From assembly GCA_963783385.1 (NCBI GenBank), contig CAWANJ010000002.1, forward strand, positions 256,001 to 320,000: DNA of 64,000 bases, written 5' to 3'. Shown one piece after another: positions 58,143-64,000 of the stretch (positions within the stretch are counted from its first letter, which is position 1; every line of letters starts with the position of its first letter). This stretch comes from an uncultured Gemmatimonadales bacterium (GTDB lineage: Bacteria > Gemmatimonadota > Gemmatimonadetes > Palauibacterales > Palauibacteraceae). The notes beneath the pieces are model-generated. The model saw nothing but the letters and a program-made list of their open reading frames with translations. It had not been told where the DNA came from and ran no database searches. A program made the position numbers and the translations under genes.

Positions 58143-59483
58143 CTACACCATTGCGGTTTCCGCTTCCAGGCTCTCCTTCTCCCGCTCCTCGATGGGCACG
58201 TAGGGCCGCTCGTCCGCCCCGGTGTAGACCTGGCGGGGCCGGGCGATCTTCTGGTCCGGGTCCGTGAGCATCTCCTGCCACTGGGCCAGCCAGCCCGAGA
58301 CGCGCGGGATCGCGAACAGGACCGGGAACATGTCCACGGGGAAGCCCATGGCCTGGTAGATGATTCCCGAGTAGAAGTCCACGTTCGGGTACAGCTTGCG
58401 GCTCACGAAGTACTCGTCTTCGAGGGCGACCCGCTCCAGCTCCAGGGCCAGGTCCAGCAGCGGCGAGCTGCCCGTCACCTCGAACACATCGCGCGCCATG
58501 GACTTCAGAATCCGGGCGCGGGGATCGTAGTTCTTGTACACCCGGTGGCCGAAGCCCATGAGCCGGAAGTCGCCGGACTTGGCGCGGTCGACGAACTCCG
58601 GCACCCGGTCCTTCGTCCCGATCTCCCGCAGCATCCGCAGGACCTGCTCGTTGGCCCCCCCGTGAAGCGGTCCGTACAGCGCCGCCGCCGCTGCGGCCAC
58701 CGACACGTACGGGTCGGCGTGGGACGAGCCCACCGAGCGCATGGCGTTGGCCGAGCAGTTCTGTTCGTGGTCCGCGTGCAGGATGAACAGCACCTCGAGC
58801 GCCTTCTGAAGGATAGGGTTGGGCGCCTGCTTGGGCTCCCCGATGCTGAACATCATGTTCAGGAAGTTGCCCGTGTAGCTCAGGTCGTTGTCCGGGTACA
58901 CGAACGGGAGCCCCTTCGAGTGCCGATAGGCGAAGGCGGCCAGGGTGGGCATCTTGGCGATCAGCCGCACGATCTGCGTCCGCCTGATCTCCGGGTCGGC
59001 GATGTCCCGGGCCTCGGGATAGAAGGTGGACAATGCCGCCACCGTGGAGACGAGCATGCCCATCGGGTGCGCGTCGTAGTGGAAGCCGTCGGTGAACTTC
59101 TTGATGGACTCGTGCACGTAGGTGTGGAACGTGATCTCGTGGGTCCACGCCTCGAGCTCGTCGCGGGTGGGCAGGCGCCCGTGCACGACCAGGTAGGCCA
59201 CCTCCAGGTAGCTGCCGTGCTCCGCCAGCTCCTCGATCGGGTAGCCCCGGTAGCGGAGGATGCCCTTGTCGCCGTCGATGTGCGTGATCGAGCTGTGGCA
59301 CGAAGCGGTATTCTTGAAACCGGGGTCGTAGCCCAGCAGACCGAAGTCGTCCTCGGACGCCTTGATCTGGCGGAGGTCGGCCGTCGGGATGGAGGCTCCG
59401 TACTCCGGATAGGTACCGTAGGAGATCGGGACCTCGTACTGCTTCCCGGTCCGGTTGTCCGTGATGGTCAGGGTATCTGGCAT
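58143..59483 (-). CDS. gltA: Citrate synthase
   Basis: Motifs ILRYRGYPIE, LHADHEQNCS, GPLHGGANE, MGFGHRVYK and YPNVDFYSG. SD AAGGAGGT. Confidence 0.97.
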   Translation of the reverse strand: MPDTLTITDNRTGKQYEVPISYGTYPEYGASIPTADLRQIKASEDDFGLLGYDPGFKNTASCHSSITHIDGDKGILRYRGYPIEELAEHGSYLEVAYLVVHGRLPTRDELEAWTHEITFHTYVHESIKKFTDGFHYDAHPMGMLVSTVAALSTFYPEARDIADPEIRRTQIVRLIAKMPTLAAFAYRHSKGLPFVYPDNDLSYTGNFLNMMFSIGEPKQAPNPILQKALEVLFILHADHEQNCSANAMRSVGSSHADPYVSVAAAAAALYGPLHGGANEQVLRMLREIGTKDRVPEFVDRAKSGDFRLMGFGHRVYKNYDPRARILKSMARDVFEVTGSSPLLDLALELERVALEDEYFVSRKLYPNVDFYSGIIYQAMGFPVDMFPVLFAIPRVSGWLAQWQEMLTDPDQKIARPRQVYTGADERPYVPIEEREKESLEAETAMV

Positions 59484-59657
59484 CGCCGTACCTCCTTCTG
59501 GATCTCGTGCTGCACCGGCTCCTCACAGCGACCGGCCGGGATGGTGCGCCCCCGCCGCTCGTCCGCGCGTTGCGGCCAATACCGCAATCTGCGGGCCGCT
59601 CACAACGCGATCTGTAGGGAAATCGCGGATCGTGGCGTGGGGAATGCTCCCGGAGGG

Positions 59658-60569
59658 TCAGTCGCCCTCGCCCGCCTTCACCTCGTCCCACAGGACGTCC
59701 AGCTCGGCCAGGGTCGCCGATGCGGGGTCGAGCCTGCGTTCCGACGCCAGGGCGAGCAGGGCGCGGAAGCGGGTCCGGAACTTCCGGTTGGCGGCGCCGA
59801 GCGCGTTGGAGGGGTGCACGCCCGCGCGGCGGGCCAGGTTGACGGCGGCGAACAGGAGGTCTCCGACCTCCTCCTCGAGGCGCGGGTGGGAGGGGCCCGG
59901 CAGCCGGCCGCCGGAGTCCGCATCTCGGCCCCGAGCGTCTCCGGTGCGTCCCAGCTCCTCCTCGAGCTCGTCGAGCTCTTCGCGCACCTTGGCGAGCGGA
60001 CCGGCCACGTCGTCCCAGTCGAAGCCGAGGGCGGCGGCCCGCTGCTGCAGCCGATACCCACGCGCCAGCGGCTCCAGGGTCCCGGGAACGCCGGCGAAGG
60101 GGTCGGCGGGCATGTCCGCCGGCCCCGCGGTTTCCCCGGCCCCGGCCTCCGCACCCGGCCGGGGCTGCGCCCCGCCCGCCTCCCTGGCCCGTTCCACCGC
60201 CTTGAGCGCCTCCCAGTCCGGCGGCTCCTCCTCGTCACCGTACACGTGCGGATGGCGGCGCCGCATCTTGTCCTCGAGCCCCGCCACCACGTTCGTCGCG
60301 TCGAACGCGCCGCGCTCCTCGGCGAGGACGATCTGGAAGGCCACGTTGAGCAGGAGGTCGCCCAGCTCCTCGGCCAGGGCCGCGTCGTCCCCGGCCGCCA
60401 CCGCCTCGGCCGTCTCGTGCGCCTCCTCGAGCAGGTAGGGCCGCAGGCTCTCTCGCGTCTGCCTGGCGTCCCACGGGCAGCGCTCGCGCAGCAGGCGCAC
60501 GAGCGCGAGGGCCGTTCCCAGCGTCCCGTCGCCCGGCCGGCCGTAGGGCGCGTGCAGGGGCTCGCTCAC
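59658..60569 (-). CDS. mazG: Nucleoside triphosphate pyrophosphohydrolase MazG
   Basis: Motifs CPWDARQT, EELGDLL, RRHPHVY, GFDW, EEEVGDLLF and ANRKF..RF. GTGA overlap with the upstream peptidase. Confidence 0.93.
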   Translation of the reverse strand: MSEPLHAPYGRPGDGTLGTALALVRLLRERCPWDARQTRESLRPYLLEEAHETAEAVAAGDDAALAEELGDLLLNVAFQIVLAEERGAFDATNVVAGLEDKMRRRHPHVYGDEEEPPDWEALKAVERAREAGGAQPRPGAEAGAGETAGPADMPADPFAGVPGTLEPLARGYRLQQRAAALGFDWDDVAGPLAKVREELDELEEELGRTGDARGRDADSGGRLPGPSHPRLEEEVGDLLFAAVNLARRAGVHPSNALGAANRKFRTRFRALLALASERRLDPASATLAELDVLWDEVKAGEGD

Positions 60570-62813
60570 CGGGAGCCGCCCCCGATACGCAGCACCCCGT
60601 CGAACCATCTCGCCGTGGCGCTGTCCGCTTCGAGCCAGCTCGCGTAACGCAGGAAGTCGTGGATCTCGTCGGGGATCACCAGCTCCTCGAACCGGACGCC
60701 GCGGGCCCGCAGGCGCTGGACCAGGTCCACGGTCTGGTGGAAGTGGACGTTGCGGTCGTCGTCTCCCTGGACGAGGAGGACGGGGCTCGTCCACCGGTCC
60801 ATCCACGCCACCGGCGAGGAGCGCCACGCCACGTGGAGGGCACGCCCCAGGTCGCCCTTCTCGTAGCGGAGCTCCCGGTCCGGGAGGTCCAGCCAGCTGC
60901 GGAGCGTGTAGGTCCAGTCGTGCACCCCGTGCATGTCGACGCCCGTCGCGAACACGTCCGAGTTGCGGGCCAGGGCGAGCGCGGTCAGGTAGCCGCCGTA
61001 GGAGCCGCCCCAGATGCCGATGCGGGCCGAGTCCACGTCGGGCAGCGAGCGCAGGTAGCCGGCCCCGGCCAGCACGTCCCGATACTCGGAAGCTCCCCGC
61101 CAGCCCGCGTCGGACGGATGGTGGAATGCGCGGCCGTAGCCGATGCCGAGCCTGATAGTTCACCGAGCAGGACGACGTAGCCGTGGTCGGCCAGGTACTG
61201 GTTCACCGCGTAGCTGTTCGAGTAGTACAGGAAGTAGTGCCACCCGAGCAGCATCTGCCGCGGCGGGCCCCCGTGTACGAAGATCACGGCGGGCTTGCGG
61301 CCGCTCCCTCCCCGGTCGAACAGCTGCCCGTGCACCAGGACCCGTCCTCGGCCCGGAAGGCGACGTTCTTCGGAACCACCAGGTCGGCCGTCGGAAAGTC
61401 GGACGGGATCCGGTCCCGCCCCAGGAGCTTCGTCGTGCCTCCGGAGCCGGCACGACCGCCGCGAGCGGGGGACGCCTGGGGCCCGCCGACACCAAGGCCA
61501 CGCCGGACCCGTCGCCCGTCACGACCGGGTAGTAGGAGAGGTCCGCGCCCGAGGTCAGGGCTCGTGGCGCCCCTCCGGCGGGCGACACGCGGAACAGGTG
61601 GCGCCGATCGACGTCCCCGGGCGCCCCCCCGGCGTTGGCGTTGTAGACCAGGAAGCGCCCGTCCGGGCTGGCGGCCACGTACTCGACCATGAAGGAGCCG
61701 GGGGTGAGCAGGGTCGGCGCCGCGCCGCCGTCCGCCGGGACCGAGTACAGGTGGGGCCATCCGTCCAGGTCCGCCAGGAAGGTCAGGCGGCCCCCGGCCA
61801 TCCAGTGCAGGTTGGCCTGGCCGGCGGTCTGCGGGTAGGAGCCTCGGGGCGTGTCCGGCGAGGCCCACACCTGGCGGGCCCTCCCCGTAGCGGCGTCGGC
61901 CACCCGGATCGACCAGGGGGTCGGCGTTTCCTCGAGAATGGGATCCGGCGGGCCGCCCCTCCCGTGCCTTCGCACGAACGCCACCTCCCGCCCGTCGGGC
62001 GACCAGCGCGGGCTACCGTCCAGGCCCGTCGACGGATCGAGGAAGCGGACCGAGTCGGAGCCCATGCGGTACACCCCGATGAACGCGTGGTCACCCCGGC
62101 CGCTCTGAAACGCCAGCCGGCGCCCGTCCGGGGACCAGCGGAGGTCGCGGTCGCGTCCACGGTCGAAGAACAGCGCCGCCGGGGCCGCCGAGTCGGCGAG
62201 CGCCACGGACCACACGGCCCCGTCCTTCAGGAAGGCGACCGTGTCCGAGGTGGGCGAGGGGGTGGGCTCGTCGCCGGCGGCGACCTTTCGCGGCGTGCCG
62301 CCCGCGAACGGCACCGCCCACATGGCCACCTCGGGACGGGCCGACGAGGCGTCCGGGTTGGGCGGGACCGCCTCGGACCAGTTGCCGCCATGGTCGCCCC
62401 CGCGCACGTACAGGATCGTCGCGCCGTCGTGGGTGAACGCGAGCCCGGTGAGCTCCTGGCCGTCGTCTTTCGGTGTAGTCGGTGACGCGGTGGGGCGCGA
62501 AGTCGGGACCCTCGGCCGCGTAGATGTTCCGCACGCCGCGCTCCCACAGGACCCAGGCGATCCGGCTTCCGGTCGGCGATGCCGCGATCTCGGAAGGGAA
62601 GGGGAAGCCCAGCACCTGGCGGAGCGCGAAGGTGTCCGCGGCCGCCGGACCGTACAGGTCCGTCTCCGCCGGTCGGCGAGCCGCGCGCGCGGCCCGGGCC
62701 TCCGTCCCCGCCGGCCTGGCGGCGGCCGGTCGGGCCGAGCCCGCCGCCACGAGCGCCAGGAGGAGCATGCCGGCCGTCCATGCCGCCCGCCCGTGATCGG
62801 TCCGATCCTGCAT
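60566..62813 (-). CDS. Secreted S9 (prolyl oligopeptidase/acylaminoacyl peptidase-like) serine peptidase with about five frameshifts
   Basis: Signal peptide, WSPDG repeats, HGGP, GGSYGG nucleophile, DDRNV and DEIH are spread across frames. Shifts near 62470, 61450, 61340, 61167 and 61152. Confidence 0.85.
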
Positions 62814-62943
62814 GCGTCTCCTCCGTCGCCCGGGAACCGGTTTCGCCTGCCGACCGCCGCGCGAAGATGGAGGGCCACGGCGGCCGCCGATAGGGCGAAC
62901 TCCGGTTGATCGGCCCCGAGACGCCCGGTATGATGGGCCGACC

Positions 62944-64000
62944 TTGAACACGGCACCGGAGGACGAGACGCGGCGCGCCTGGGTCGAGGTGGACCTGGGC
63001 GCGCTCCGACGCAACTTCGCCACGCTCGCGGAGCGTGCCGGAGGTGCATCCCGGCTCCTCGTCATGCTCAAGGCGGACGGCTACGGGCTGGGCGCCGTCG
63101 CCGTGGCCCGAGCGCTCGGGGAGGCGCCGCCCTGGGCCTACGGGGTGGCCACCCTCGAGGAGGGGGCCGAGCTGCGCCGGGTCGGGGTCGAGGGGCGCGT
63201 CATCGTGTTCTCGCCGTGCCCTCCCCTGGATGCCGGGGCGCTGGCCGCGAGTTCGCTCGAGCCGGCCGTGTCCTCGCTCGACGCGCTGCGACGCTTCGGG
63301 TCGGCCGCGCGCGAGGGCGGTCCGCTGTCGGTGCACCTGGAGATCGACACGGGCATGGGCCGTCTGGGCCTGCTGGCCGAGGACGCGGACCGGTGGACGG
63401 GCGAGCTGGCGGAAGCGCTACGAACGTACCCCCTGAGGCTGGCGAGTACCTTCACCCACTTCCACTCGGCCGACTCCGACCCGGACGCCACGCGGGAGCA
63501 GGAGCGACGGTTCCGGTCGGCGCTGGACGCCCTGCGCGCCGCGGGTGTGGACCCGGGCCTCACCCACGCCGCCAACAGCGCGGCCCTGTTCTCGCAGGGC
63601 ACCTCGGACCACGATCTGGCGCGCCCGGGCATCTACCTGTACGGCGGCGGCCCGGGCGACCCGGAGCCCGTGGCGTCGGTCCGTGCACGGGTCCTGGACG
63701 TGCGGACGCTTCCCGCCGGCCACGCCGTGAGCTACGGCGCCACCTGGCGTGCCGAGGGTCCCGCGCGGCTCGCGACGCTGGGTATCGGGTACGGGGACGG
63801 GCTGCGGACCCGACTGTCCAATCGGGGGTTCGTCCTCCTGGGTGGGCGGAAGGCACCGATCCGGGGCGCCGTGTGTATGGATGTGACCGTAGTCCAGGTC
63901 GCGCCCGATTCGTCGGTCGCGCCGGGCGACCGGGCGACGCTCCTGGGGACGGACGGAGAGGAGAGGATCACGCTGGCCGAGCTGGCAGACGCGTACGACG
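62944..64000 (+). CDS. alr: Alanine racemase (runs off window end)
   Basis: RAWVEVDLGAL, PLP-lysine motif LKADGYG, HLEIDTGMGRLG, RPGIYLYG, VSYGATW, GYGDG and GAVCMD. Confidence 0.93.
   Translation, partial: MNTAPEDETRRAWVEVDLGALRRNFATLAERAGGASRLLVMLKADGYGLGAVAVARALGEAPPWAYGVATLEEGAELRRVGVEGRVIVFSPCPPLDAGALAASSLEPAVSSLDALRRFGSAAREGGPLSVHLEIDTGMGRLGLLAEDADRWTGELAEALRTYPLRLASTFTHFHSADSDPDATREQERRFRSALDALRAAGVDPGLTHAANSAALFSQGTSDHDLARPGIYLYGGGPGDPEPVASVRARVLDVRTLPAGHAVSYGATWRAEGPARLATLGIGYGDGLRTRLSNRGFVLLGGRKAPIRGAVCMDVTVVQVAPDSSVAPGDRATLLGTDGEERITLAELADAYD

Noticed and set aside
59596-59606. lac-operator-like TTGTGAGCGG (minus strand) upstream of gltA
   Set aside because: Half-site only with no vector context, so probably chance.
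1-64000. Many long overlapping or antisense ORFs in the track (e.g. 1103-3076 -, 37265-39844 -, 43889-46711 +, 52807-55164 +)
   Set aside because: These are shadow ORFs expected at this GC content. They are Arg/Gly/Pro-rich, lack motifs and overlap well-supported genes.

Overview
This is high-GC bacterial chromosomal DNA (about 70-75% by eye). Gene content and style suggest Gemmatimonadota (inference). Bases 1-18400 hold an intact dcw cell-wall/division cluster (ftsI 3' part, murE, murF, mraY, murD, ftsW, murG, murC, ftsQ, ftsA, ftsZ), followed by an M23 peptidase, ftsY and recG. The most notable feature is a redox cluster at 22.7-31.0 kb. Five overlapping genes encode a His-rich ferric-reductase/cytochrome-b-like membrane protein, a 17-heme and a 13-heme secreted cytochrome c, a probable outer-membrane beta-barrel, and a membrane-anchored, circularly permuted TrxR/FNR-like NAD(P)H flavoprotein with two atypical Fe-S motifs. 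Directly after them is a 19-heme paralog lengthened by exact 222-bp three-heme tandem repeats. Together these look like a complete cytoplasm-to-outside electron conduit. The rest is accessory and housekeeping genes: amidases, secreted peptidases, msrA, an ArsR/SmtB plus P1B-ATPase pair with a visible operator, asnS, gltA, mazG and partial alr. Five non-essential genes carry single-base frameshifts, most likely long-read errors. I saw no rRNA, tRNA, CRISPR array or mobile element. Family calls come from motif recognition by eye, not from database searches.
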